DNA of 64,000 nucleotides from Pavona decussata (Eukaryota): NCBI GenBank assembly GCA_977016875.1, contig CDRNST010000291.1, positions 62,001 to 126,000 of the forward strand, read 5' to 3'. Shown piece by piece: positions 51,401 to 64,000 of this stretch (position 1 is its first letter; each line of letters starts with the position of its first letter). The notes under the pieces were generated by a model. It saw only the letters and a program-made list of their open reading frames with translations, ran no database searches and was not told where the DNA came from. The position numbers and the translations under genes were made by a program.

Positions 51401-53139
51401 ACTGTAGATCAAAGTAAAAAGTGAACTAATTCAGGGGAAAGAAATTGAATTCAGTTATCGTATTACATAAGACACGTTCACTTTTTATAACACCTTCATA
51501 TTTCCGTTTTTTAAAAATTACTTGTCACTTTTGCACCACAGTGCTCTATGGAGTCGTCTGCAGCGCTTTCGTAGGTAAGCTTAATCGGCGTTCTGCTGTA
51601 CAACCGTGTCGTGCCTGAGAAGTTGTACACTCTATTTAGCTGCATGGTCTAGTTCACAAACACGCTGGGCCGGTACCATAAATGTGTCTTATTTTTTAAA
51701 CCCCATTCGCCTACTGGTGATGTCCTATCTTCTATTCAGCTCAAACATGGCCACCAAATTGACAGGAATAGCGCCAGGTATCGCGTGATTTGTTGAGTTT
51801 AGCCTTAGGAAAGAACTTTATGTATCACAGTAGTGCAGGGTATACACACGCGCATTTAACAACTTTTTAAAGGAGCTTGGCGAATTAAAGACTCAACTGA
51901 AATTTCATCTCAAAAACGCTAATTCAACGAGTACATTGTATGTTTACTTTTCTTGTTCAGTGTATAGTATTGTTATGGGCCTTTTAGTAGTTGAATTTAG
52001 TTTGCCAAGGGCTCCTTTTAAAGTATAGCTAACAGCTCCTTGAGATATCACTAAATATATATTGATATACACAAAAAGTAGAATAAAATAAATGAAATAT
52101 TCCACATGCAAGTGGCCTTTATTAAATGAAGTGTCATATAAAAGTACCTAGAGTACGCCGGTGCTACATAAGAGATGCCGATGCTTATAACATATATTTG
52201 CTTATGACATATATTTGAACTGAACATTGACAGCTGCACAGAGTACAGTACACAATGGCAACTTAATACCCGTCAGAAAGTATCTTAACTTAACTCAGTT
52301 GGTAAATGATTTTCTTTTAAAAGATTACAAATTGTTGCCAAGGCGCTAAACGTTCTTATTCTATGATGCATTCAGTAGGGGCACTATATCCGATGCAGTG
52401 ATTACCTCTATTACTAACGATTGTGGGAAATTAAAAATAATTTTAAACGAGCTGCTTGTTAGGTAAGACAAATTTCTTTGTAAATTTTGGCTAGCCGTTC
52501 GGTAACTAACCTCAAACCTATTGAATATAGCAGTGGGACACCAACAGGGGTACGAAGAATTACTTGCTTGTTAGGTGGGACACATTTCTTTTAATTATTG
52601 TCTCCGAAACTATGGCTAGTTCAAGGTATTAAAACCGTTGCAGTTTATCTAAATTTAAGGTATTCATTTCCTCTTCTTTTCTCTGCAGCAATTGAGACGT
52701 GAAGTTAAATTTAAGTTTCTTAATACTTCAACTATTTTCATCACCATTATACTCTCCTGGAAAGTTTTGAATGAAAACCAGTTTCCCATGATTTCAAACT
52801 AAAGTTGCTGTTTTTTAGGCCAAATTACAAAATGGCTTTCCTCTGATATTTTGAATTAGCCATAATGAATTCTATTAGTTGTGGAAACAACACCTTTGTT
52901 ATCAGTTAAAATTCAATTACAGGTATCAGGATTCGCCGCATTAACTGAGAATAATACCGAAAACTATACTGAGGTAGGCAGCAACTGAGGCCATGGAAGA
53001 TTAGGAAAACAAAATCTCTGTAAACTAGAATTGAACTTCAATCCGTTCTCAGTATACTATTTGAAGATGGATGCAAGGCCTTAGACTTTAGTTAATTTAA
53101 ACCTTGTGAGCTCTTACTCCACAAGTTGCAAAATAGCAA
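48464..53139. repeat. Block B: 3 x 890-bp units + near-identical 2-kb tail (offset ~5.25 kb from A)
   Basis: Unit markers at ~48493, 49389 and 50280; tail 51130-53139 matches 45880-47873 (e.g. near-identical ORFs 46356 and 51606). Confidence 0.9.
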
Positions 53140-54739
53140 TCCAATCTAGAGTTCGCTGTTAACAAAACCCAAACCGTCATGCGATACCTGGAGTTTTACT
53201 GAAAGACCCTGAGTTCAGCAAACAACTGAGGAACTAAATTAAAAGCCGCTGGAGTATATTAAAAAATATAGTGTAAGTATCCGAGGCGCTAGACGATCAA
53301 GACAAAGGCGAACAACCAATACAATGAGACAAGTGAAATATCTAACTAAGTAAACTTGTTTTCGCTTTTCTTCGTGGCGAGATTCCGTAAAGCGATTACC
53401 AAGGAACAACAGTTTTTTGCGGCTTCCTTTTTAACATAGGTTGACTCTGTATTTGCATTCATAACGTGGTACATTTAGTTCTTCCATTGCGATTCTTGTG
53501 CCCCGTACATGTAAATTGATAAGGCATTTTTCATGTTTCATAATTAATGTCAAAGAGAACGGATGATTTCATTTATCCATGTATTCGGAGTACAGTTGAA
53601 AGTGTGCATGTTAGTTTTATGCGGATCACTTAGACAATATATTCTTTGTAATGGTGGCTTCTTACTAATCGATAAGGCCGAACCAAGAATAGTGCTAAAG
53701 AATGTGTGAATAAAGCCGGTGTTAATTAATAATGTGAATCACAAACTTTCTCTAATGTTCTCTGTGAAATGCTGCATGCATGATCGCTACTGTGTACTGA
53801 TACCTTATACACAATCTAACGGATGAATTACAAAACAACAAGAGGTTTGTTTGTCAGTGATCCTCCGCTTGAACGCCTCTGCTGCCGTTCATTTGATATA
53901 TTTATAACACTACTCTTTTTTGAGAGAACGTTGCTCTCTGACTCACAACTTCAGCTAAAAAGTTGTGGTGTACTTTGATTCCTCCCCACTAAGCGCGTTG
54001 ATTTATAAACAGCCAGTAAAAATATACAGAGATAGTATGCACTTTTGAACTCATCAAGCGAAGAGAACTCATGATCGTAATCTCAGTCACAGACTAACTC
54101 ATCACTTGGACTCACTCATAGACTACCCTTCTTTTTTCCGATCTCAGAAGCACTCCTCCTGTACTACTTATAAACATTGATAAAGATGTACGAGTCCTAA
54201 ACATCTCATGAGGGCGACGAAAACGAAGTCCGAGTTTCCTAGTACCGTGCCTCTCTTCGACCATCAAAGTCTTGAACCTGAAGTCTAATGTTCTCAGGTC
54301 TTGCGTCCTTTCAGGTGATTTAAGTGAGAGTTTTCTGTAGCACGTGTTAAGTAAAAATGTTTGACAACAATTTGCCGCGATATCCAAACAATTCTGACTT
54401 GAATATTTGTTGTCAACGGCAAACAGAACTGAACGAAACGAAAGTATATTGGACTTCTCAGCTCATAAAACTGAAAAGAGTGAAAAGGTTAATTATAAGT
54501 TGATACGTCTTAGCGCCAAACCGGTGCAACCTAATCAAATTTTAAGCTTCTTTTGAGTAACTGATTAAGATGTCTAATTTCGGCTCGCTCTTCAAATTTC
54601 GAGCCTTTTGGTATAAATCAGCAAAAAATAAAAGCACAAATAAATATCGGCTTTAAATTTTAATGACCATCATCCTTAATTATTGTCTTCTTTTTTTCTA
54701 CACTGTAAGTAAAAAGGGAGATTACATTAATGTGTTTTG

Positions 54740-55880
54740 TTAAATTGCCATTCGTTTTATTGACTGTAGTTTAATTATCACTGACTCTTCAATTTTATTT
54801 CCGACTAAACTCCTTTAAAGAGAAACATTGATTCTACGATAAGTATATGAAAGGGTTAGCTTTACTGTAAAAACTAGTAAATATAATGGTAAGTATCTGG
54901 AGATCAGGGCGGAACCTCCCCTATAAACCTTTTGGCACTCCTAGTTTTCCACCCCAGCCAAATGTCAGCTAACGAAAAACTTAAAACCAGACTTAAAACT
55001 TTGAGACAAGTTCCTCAAGTTGCAAAATTGCGACACTTATATGAAAATTCACTCATGCGTAAATCTCGTCTAATGGAAACTGAATAAAACCACAGGAGGT
55101 TTGTTTTCAAAGACGTCCAGTTTTAAGCGAAATTACGAGAGTATTATGAAAATGCACTGATGCCTAAATCTCACGGCTTAATGCCTTCAACTGAAATCAC
55201 AAAAGGTTTGATGATCTAAAAAAAAATTTTTAACAAGATTGCGGGACTATTATGAAAATGCACTCATGCCAAAATCTTAAATTTTACCCGCCAAAAGCCA
55301 CAAGAGCTTTAGTTTTAATTTAGTTTAATACATTTCTGATCTTATCTGAGATATTTCTAGCTGTGACTCAGTAGTAAAATATAAGTGCTTAAACAAACAT
55401 AATATCTCCCAGACAACATCGAATAATAAGTCCTATGTAAAACTGATTTCTCATTGTAGATTTAACTTTATTCATAGTTCGCTTGTTATCTTGTGTATCC
55501 TGCCGTAAGGCAAATAAAACTGTAGATCAAAATAAAAAGTGAACTTATTCAGAGGAAAGAAATTGGCCATATAAGATACGCACACTTAATATAAACCATG
55601 ATTTTCCGGTTTTTTAAATTATTTGTCAGCTAAATTCGCGCGGCAGTTTTGGAGTCAGCTGCAAGGCTTACTTGGTAAGCTTCATAGGCGCGCTGCCTGT
55701 ACTTCGGTGTCGTGCCTGAAAAGCTGCATACGCTACTTTGCTGGTCCTGTTTTCAAGTACCACGGGTCGATACTTGTAATGTGGCCTAGCTTTCAAACCT
55801 CTTTGCGGTATGGCACTGCGCTATCTTTTTTACGCTCAAATATGGACACCAAATATGCACACCAAATTGTTAGGTAAGAC
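54740..55880. repeat. Block C: older diverged copy of the unit + partial tail
   Basis: Same motif order with many substitutions; flanked by another duplicate pair (54250-54610 vs 55960-56375). Confidence 0.8.
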
Positions 55881-58800
55881 TACTTTGCTTAATTTATACT
55901 GAGCTAGCCGTAGCTAACCGTAAACCAATGAAACTAAGAACGACTTTGTCAGTTTTGTGACTCTCTTCGATCATCAAAATTTCATCTGAAGTCCTTTGAA
56001 CTTTAAGTCTAACGTTCAGAAAGAAAACCCAGCTTCCTCTGACGTCCTTTCAACTAATTAAAGTGAGAGTTTTTTGTAGATCGTGTTAAGCATCCAGTGT
56101 AGACAGCTTTGCGTGACAACAATTTGCCGCGATATCCAAACAACTCCGACTGAAATATGTAATGTGAACGGAATATAGAAACAAAAGTTGAGAAAGAATA
56201 CTGAACTTCTGAGGTCATACCTGAAAAGAGTGAAGAAGACGTCTTAGGGCGAGATGATCATGCACAGCTAAGCTATGGTAGACTGCTGCACGATCCAAAT
56301 GTTTAGCTACTTTTATTTGGCTAACATGTCCTGATGTCTAATGTCGGCTCGCTCATTAAAATTTCGAACCTTTCCGCTTCAAATTTCATCATTCTTTAAT
56401 TCAAGGTACTTTCAACTTTTAAGGTGTTTCTCATGAAAAATTCAAGTCGGACGCTAGTTAGTTGTGAGACTGAAAATCATAAAAGAACTGTATATCAATA
56501 TAAAGCTTAATAAGTGTAGTTTTTGATAAAGTATATATTTTTGGCGAACCTCTCGTTAGAAAGCGCCAGGACCAGAGAACCTCTTCAACGGCCAAGGTTT
56601 TTCGATATTTTATTTGGCTGCCAAGGCATCTGGGCTCACATTTAGCCGGTGGTCAGAAATATGTGAGACGTGTTGCGTTAATGGTTGCCACACTAAACGT
56701 TTACTTAAGATCAAACTTATTCCCTGGAACAGTTTTGTTTGGCATTATCTCTAAAATATTGCGGTCAAATTCGTTCAAAACCTGGGGCAAAAACCTCAAG
56801 ATGAACAAAGTAGTCACGACTCGGAAAACGACCAAAACCATAAAAAAAAACTACTGAGTTAAATTCATGTTTGACTTTAATTTTGAAAGCCAAATTCTAC
56901 AGGATACCTCCTCCATAATTGTCCGCATGATTTTTATTTGTCATATCCAATCTCACTTTGGAAAATAAAACGCATAAATTCTTTACCTAATTTCGCATAA
57001 CAAAGGTGTAAAGTGTTTTGTTTTGATGTTAGACAAAATTGCTTCATTTGGTCACACTTTCCACAGTCAACTGATTAAAAGAATTTTCTTTTATCCAAAA
57101 ATAAACGTCTCAAAACACTGAAATAGCAATATCGCTGTTCGAGAAGCGTAGGCGGGGCTTATTAAACAAAGAAGGTTATCTGACTTTGTCTGACCTTTTT
57201 GAGTTTTTAATATACAATGGACCACTCAAGATTGTAGTGTCCAATAAAGCGTTGCCTGTTCACGTAATGGAGCTTATGAGTTATTTAATTAATTGAGGAA
57301 GTCGTTGCCATACTTTGTTCAATGTCGCAATTAGTATGTTTGGATATTTTTAGGCAATTACCACCCGCAAAGTGAAAAATGTGACAGATAATTAAGATAT
57401 GTCAGATAGCTGCAGTTCTAATTAATTTTGTGACCATTGACGACCACATTAATTGTGTGGGTGGATGTATTGTCTTCAAAGCAATAAAAAGGACACAACC
57501 AGATAGATCTTTATTTCAGTTCTAGGCCTGGCTAGGGAGCTCCGGATGCAACTGAAGTTTTAACAACCTCGCAACATCCTACAAGGTAAAGTTTTACTTA
57601 TCTGAGTATAGCGGATTTGTCAGTTTGTAAACGAAATTCACTGGACTACTAAAATAGTCAAGAGGCTTTTTATTCGACTAGCTTTTTGTTAGTTTTTTTC
57701 AGGCTAATTTTTTTTTAACATAAAACGGAGTACTTAGCAATTTAGCAGGCACTCTAGCGAAAGCGCGAGACACATTTTGATTGATGATCATTTAGATCCA
57801 GATTTTTCTTCTGCAGCAAAAAATGTATCTGTTCTTTTGTTTCGTTCAGTTTCTACCCACTGTTTTTGTCACTCTCCAATCCGGTGCTAAAAAAAGACTA
57901 AGTAATGAATTGATAACGATCGGATAACGTGTTTAAAGATATCTAAGGCATACTGCCATCTAGCACAGAACTGTTTCGCTCAAAAAATGGACCTTTTTCT
58001 TTTCCTCTTCTTATTTAACGAAAAAGGAGACTTTCGATGTTTAAAACGTTGCCAGTGTTTTTCTCCGTTTTTACTCGTGGATATGCTTTAGCACTCACGA
58101 GTGTTAGGGACAATGTGTATGCAAATGAGTCACTCACAGTACAAAAACGTGGCAAGCTTTTAATAAACTGATATAATTCAGGAAGTGTTCTGTTGCTGCT
58201 TTAAAATGACCATGATTAAAAAAAAAATGCTACAGTTGTTGGAAAGCCATTTAAATGTAAGGAAAATAATTTGAATCTCCCCACAAATAGGGCCTTGTGC
58301 CTTGTGTGATCTAGACCTGAAACGCAAAATCTTCAACTCAAACCGATCCATTCGACCAAAAATATCCGGAAATTCTGGTACAGAATCAAAATGGAACGGC
58401 AATTTTCAAAAAAGTCAGTTCGTCACGAAATCTTCTGGCATTTCATTTCGATCAGACACTCGGCTCTAGCTACTCCAGCAGTGATCAACATTATTTACAA
58501 ATGAAATGTGTTTCCGTCTTACTTCACCCCACATGCTTAAGAATTCTTCCCTCAAGGTGTTTGCTTTGATAACGAAGAAAACATTGCCCCTTCCATTGAT
58601 CAGTTGTCGGGTAAGTCGAAAACAAACAAGTGAATATAAAGTTGATGGAAAGTTCTGTTTCTTAAAACTGTAAAAGTGCACTTACATCGTGGAAGAACAT
58701 AATTATCCTTCAAGAACGATTACCAGCCCTTTGAGGTCAGAGGAATATCAAGGGATAATAAGCACCAGGTACAGAGTGATGTGTCGCGCTCGGATTTCTA

Positions 58801-59989
58801 GATCACGCGATCTCGGGCTCGGATTTTTGAAGGGCTACGTTTGAAAAACTAGTTAAAGTCTCGGCCTCGGAATTTAAACGAGAGTCTCGGCAGGCCTCGA
58901 ATTTTTCCACTATACCCCTCTGGAAATATGTCCCTTAGATCACCCCCATCCCCCACTGAAAACTAGTTTGGGCAAACTGACCACCTTCCTCCCTGGAAAA
59001 TCAAATCCCTTTCGTGGGAGGGGGGAGGGAGTATGGATATTTTTTGGAACTACACATTCTGTTTACCGTAATCCAGCCCTTAAAAAATAATCCAGAATTA
59101 AAATTGTTTACCTTTATATCTGGTCATATAGGGCAAAGAAATCATTCCACCAGTATTAAAAGTCTTTTATTAGGTGAGGGACTAGGAACATCCACCCCAA
59201 GGAAAAATTGGAAGATAGGAGGCAGCCACAAACAGCTGCATAACATTTGAATCCTCAAAAACAAAAACAAAAAACAAAAAAATGATGACGCCTCCCCCAA
59301 CGACATACCCAAAATTTACCTTCCTTGTTTGATTCCTCCTTTACCCAAATGCCTCAAATTTTTGTGAGGCTAGCTCAAGTCTGAGTGGAAATCTGCTGCC
59401 CAGGCTTTCAAACCCTGACCCTGTTTACGACAAAAGTATTTGCTCTTCTCTTACCTTGTTTATGGCATGAATTAATTTTTCGAAAAAGAAATAAAATATA
59501 TATATATTCCTTACTTGCTAATCCGTTTTAACAATTTGTAGGTAGCCAGAGAAAAATAGACGCATTCCTTCCCCCACCCACCCTCCATGGGGAGAAACGC
59601 GTGAGGAGCCCTAAGAGTCATCGTCACTATTACAATTCAAAGACCATTCTAAACTATTATAAATTAGAGCCACCTTTTAGTTAAGCCCATGGCAATAATA
59701 GCCACTTCCATCGCCATATCCACGAGTTAACGATAGTGTCACTTTGATCACTCTCTTTAACCTATTTAGTTACATTAAATCGTACTGAAGGTATCTTGAT
59801 ATTTCCCTCTTTGTAAGATTTAGTCTTCCCAGTTTTTAGAGAAGTGCCCACAAGAAACCAACATATGATAGATAATGAAGACCTCACGATCTTTTCTTCG
59901 ATTCAGTTCCCAGATTTTGAGTATTGACTTTCTTATAATTATCGTTCGTGGATAACGTAGGTCTTTTGGCTAGACTCGTATTTTTCTTT

Positions 59990-60410
59990 TTTCTTTTCTC
60001 ATTCATTCATTAATTCCTTCGTTCATTTATTCGTTAATCTCATTCAAAATTTATTCAAATCACTCACTCATCCATCCAAGTTTTTGGTTAGACTCTTATT
60101 TTTCTTTTTTTTTTTTTCTTTTTTCTCATAAGCCATCATTCATTAATTCCTTTGTTTATTTATTCGTTAATCTCATTTANNNNNNNNNNNNNNNNNNNNN
60201 NNNNNNNNNNNNNNNNNNNNNNNNNNNNNNNNNNNNNNNNNNNNNNNNNNNNNNNNNNNNNNNNNNNNNNNNNNNNNNNNNNNNNNNNNNNNNNNNNNNN
60301 NNNNNNNNNNNNNNNNNNNNNNNNNNNNNNNNNNNNNNNNNNNNNNNTCATCCATTTACTCATTCCTTTCTTCGTTCATTTATTCCTTCGTATGTTCGTT
60401 CATCCATTTA
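59990..60410. repeat. Degenerate (TTCA)n tract surrounding a 168-N assembly gap (60180-60347)
   Basis: TTCA/TCAT-rich sequence; local duplication 59966-60050 vs 60084-60179. Confidence 0.85.
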
Positions 60411-60620
60411 TATAATTGTCTATTTTTTGACAAAAATATATAACATAGTATTTCGAATTAAACAGGGATGGTTTTAATGGAGTATTTTATGTCAAGTTTA
60501 CTTGGAAAATACTAAAAAACACAATTTACATCAACACTACTCACATAAGTACTTACAAGCGGTTTAACTTGATGCTACTTGCTAAAGCGAATGCTTTCTT
60601 GATTCTGTTGTAGATACAAA

Positions 60621-60743
60621 ATGGAGCAGATGAACCTAATCATCTCGACTGTGTTAATCATTTTTGGGACATTCAACATTGCGACATTGGCATCTCCAAT
60701 GAAACATAATCGTCCTGAATTTAATTCAGAAAGAAACTATAAG
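60621..60743 (+). CDS. First coding exon of a putative secreted protein (signal peptide)
   Basis: Acceptor TTCTGTTGTAG ending 60613, ACAAAATGG start context, hydrophobic LIISTVLIIFGTFNIATLA then SP, donor AAG|GTAAGA (phase 0). Confidence 0.65.
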
Positions 60744-61469
60744 GTAAGAGTGTATTATGATGCTCTTTTCGTTAACCTGGTGACACATCAATATTTTCAT
60801 TTCTCGTCAATTTCTGGTCTATATCACACTTGATGGCAAAATTAGAATACTGAAAGCCTGGTTGGTTGAGTGAGGTAGTATTTTTTTCTTAACTTTCTGT
60901 TTCGAATGCATCACTCTCTCCTAATTCAGGTAGAGGATAAAAAAACTCGCTAGTGAGATGCTTCTGCACATAATGCCAGCATTTTTGGAAGCAAACACAT
61001 TAACGCAAATATTATTCGAGCCTTTTTAGTAATATTTTCCCAAAAAACAAGAGAGAATGTAAGCTGAAACTCAGGTAGAGATCGCTGGTTGTAAGTGTGG
61101 CTTTTAGACTGAATAAGAAAAAGAATTCTGTGCAATACATTTTTTGTCTAATTAGCGCGATTTGTCTTGAGAAAATACGAATATATTACACAGATTATGT
61201 AAAGCTTGACAACAAGCCTAGCAGAGAAGGCGGTAAACGAATCTCATATTCTACTTTGAGCCCTCGTTCGAGTCTCGTTTGAGTGGCTGCTGCGTATGGG
61301 TCTTCGTTTCAGAAAGTGATTTCAAACTTTTACAGATCGGCTAGTAGTCAGGATTCTACACAAACAACCTGAAAAACGTTCTTTAACTCTGTGTGGATGC
61401 AAGAGTTCCACTTTGAAAAACTCTTGTTTCAGAAAACTGGTACTGACATACTTCTTTCCGTATATTCAG

Positions 61470-61518
61470 GAATACAAGGACTTGTCCCGCCGTGACCAAG
61501 ATGACAAATACCGAAGAT
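61470..61518 (+). CDS. Second coding exon: EYKDLSRRDQDDKYRR (propeptide-like)
   Basis: Branch-like TACTGAC at 61441, pyrimidine tract, TTCAG acceptor, in phase with exon 1, donor T|GTAAGT (phase 1). Confidence 0.6.
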
Positions 61519-62127
61519 GTAAGTTTTTTTCAGCTTTCGGCGTTCCTTTCATAGAGTTCAAACACAGTACTGTGCCAAATGACAATAAAATGAACTTAAC
61601 CGGTGAATGAAATGAAATAAAAAAGTAACTGGGGCAATTTACATTCCAATTGTAGCAATTTATTTTGCAGTTGTCTACAAAAGCACTGTAGATTATTAGA
61701 ATACATGTAATAAATATTAATCCTCACTCACTGTTTATTAGGGGATACATAACAATATAACTGAACTGGAATCAGTGTCTGCAAGGTGAATTCACCTCCC
61801 CCAATCACCCAAAGACATGTCTACCCTGTCTTGTTCGGTTCTACAGTCCCCGAAATGATGTTTAACGCTGAAGTGATCTCCAAATTGACCCAAAATGACC
61901 GCCATTCTTTTTCCACGCTAACTCCAAAATAATACCCAGGTAAACAGATGCTTGCGGATTGACCAAAAAATAAAATTAACAACATTTTCGCGTATACCGG
62001 TATATTAATAAATTTGTGTTACGAATTAGGAATATTAACAATCTTCACTCACTCGCTTTTCATTTTTTAAGGCGTATAGAAGAAACCACTGCTTTAATTT
62101 TTAACAAGTATAATTTTTTGAAACAGC

Positions 62128-62226
62128 TCGAAGAGACGTATTTGCGGCTGTCGCTTCTCTCCCCCGTTATTTTTCCGCGGCGGAGAGAAGCGACAGCCTG
62201 AAATATGTCTGCGTTCGTAGGCTACT
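62128..62226. mobile_element. Hairpin-type MITE remnant in the intron
   Basis: GGCTGTCGCTTCTCTC ... GAGAGAAGCGACAGCC inverted pair; right end TAGGCTA. Confidence 0.55.
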
Positions 62227-63637
62227 TAACTGACGTGCAACTGGTAATACGTATCAATTACAGCGGTTATCAACAACACGCGACCTACAGCATTCAAAAG
62301 AGTCGGATAAAGTTGCGTTTTGGTGGATGTCAATCAAACAAAAGCCGTTGAAATTATTTTGAATTCCGACAAGATTCTAATGTAACCCGGCAAGAAACTA
62401 AGAATTTTACCTCGCTAAGAGAAGGTAAACTTCATTTAAATTGATTCTCGAGCCAGATCAAGCGCAAATAAAAGGTATTTTTGAATTAAAAATTTCAATT
62501 TTCACTGCACGTGATAATTTACTCACTTGCACGTTTCGCTGATTTATTATCAGGTGCAGCGATTTCAAATGTTTCATAAAAAAATACGGCTTCGTCTAAA
62601 CAATGCCCATTTTTTTAGATAATCTGGCTTGGAAATCAAGTTTCATAAAGTTTACCATCAGTCAGCGGATAAAACTGTCAATTTCTTGGTTCTGTTGCCT
62701 TGAAATGATCTCAGAATTCAAAATAATTTAAACGGCTTTTTTATGATTGACGTCCACCAAAACGCAGCTTTATTGGAGTCTTTTGAAGGGGATAGGTCGC
62801 GTGTTATTGGTAACCGCTGTAAAGAAAAGATACCAAAACACCACAATTATCGTTTTGAAGCCTTACAGAAGATTGACAAATGTGTCTTGTTATCTTGAAA
62901 TAAAACATTACAAGCGCAATGAATGTCGATAAAGAACACTCTCAACGCCTAACAATTTCCTATAACGGATCAGACGTAAACCAGGAAAATCGAATAAAAT
63001 GTAACTCGATCCTGTACATGCCACCTGGTATCTTTGTAAGGATTTTTCAAGAAAAGACAATATTGGAACGAGTTATAAAGTAAATAGCGTCCAACATCAA
63101 CAATTTAAAAGAAAACGCTAACGCTGGATTGTAAAGCGCCTTTCATCATTCTAATGTGAAAGGGCGCTATATAAGTAAATAAATTACTAGAAATACGTGA
63201 CTCGCAAAACCTCTTGAAGCTGGGGCTGGGTGGAAAGCCCTCTTTACTCCTATTGTAGCATCAAACGAGGAGATTAAAAGGGGCATAGGATTTTTTTTAT
63301 GAGCATGGTCTTTTCGTAGTTCCACAGGCTAGTTTGCGGTTGAAAATCTATTTCTGACGCGACGTAATGTACAACGGGCGTGCAGCGCTGTCGTGTTCGA
63401 TGAATTTATTTCCCACGGAAAATTACTTTACCGCGGCCACAAAACGTGTAATTTCTTCAATACAATCTTTCACAAAAAAGATTTCTAAAAGAAAGGGAAA
63501 AGATCCTGGAGAGATAGTTCTGTATCCAGTGAATCAGTTGATGAACATTGCAGTTGAAATTTGATCATGCACGCATATTTTTTCCGATGTATGCAAATTT
63601 TGCTCCAGACGCTACCCTCGGGCGAGTGATAAAAATC

Positions 63638-63718
63638 TGCGAGTGCGAGCCAAGGTGTGAGCCATGCGAGCCATGCGAGCCGTGCGAGCCATGCGAGTCA
63701 CGCGAGTCATGCGAGCCA
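63638..63718. repeat. 9-bp tandem repeat (TGCGAGCCA)n, ~8 degenerate copies
   Basis: Directly visible; reads CEPCEP in one frame. Confidence 0.85.
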
Positions 63719-64000
63719 CAGTATATAAATGTTAAGAATTTTTATTTGTTGTATTTACATTCACATAAGAACAAGAACAAGAGCATCGGAACAAGATGAA
63801 TAACATCGCAATATTTAATTCTTACAGTGGGACAACGCAAACCATCATATTTCTGTTTTTTGTTAATTGACACGTCAGGACTGATTGTTAGTGTCATTCC
63901 AATCTTGGAAGGTATGATAAAATATTGTCGCACTAAATTCAATTTGAAAAGAAGCAGCGTAACAGAAGCATTTGCCGTCAGCTGGTGGGTCGAATGCTAT

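Noticed and set aside
43914-53139. CRISPR array or repeated micro-exons (CAG|GTAACG)
   Set aside because: Inter-repeat sequences are homologous rather than unique spacers, there are no cas genes, the context is eukaryotic, and there is no consistent exon frame.
60152-60415. ORFs containing X runs
   Set aside because: Artefacts of the N gap.
61660-63330. Other third-exon acceptors (~61670, 62071, 62553, 63319, 63327)
   Set aside because: All hit a stop within 1-12 codons in the required phase.

Overview
AT-rich eukaryotic (animal) DNA; the transposon repertoire suggests a stony coral or other cnidarian (inference). About 58 kb is a layered transposon graveyard. It holds a 5'-truncated CRE-type RLE retrotransposon in an (AAT)n tract, a Sola3-like transposase relic, and an RTE retrotransposon split by a full-length, nearly intact L1/Tx1 element (8-bp TSD, poly-A). 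It also holds a long-TIR TTAA-site element, and an old inverted duplication of a Harbinger transposase/Myb segment carrying a tRNA-like repeat unit. Further on are a Penelope 3' end with a minimal hammerhead ribozyme, an ISL2EU-type element (THAP-transposase + YqaJ), a decayed Polinton/adintovirus-type DNA polymerase B, several MITEs with clean TSDs and two Penelope RT fragments. A hierarchical 100 bp / 890 bp / 5.25 kb repeat array spans 44-56 kb. The only host-gene candidate starts at ~60.6 kb: two small spliced exons encoding a signal peptide and a charged propeptide with dibasic RR sites, i.e. a possible secreted peptide/toxin precursor whose 3' part is unresolved. All calls are from reading the sequence; no searches were run.
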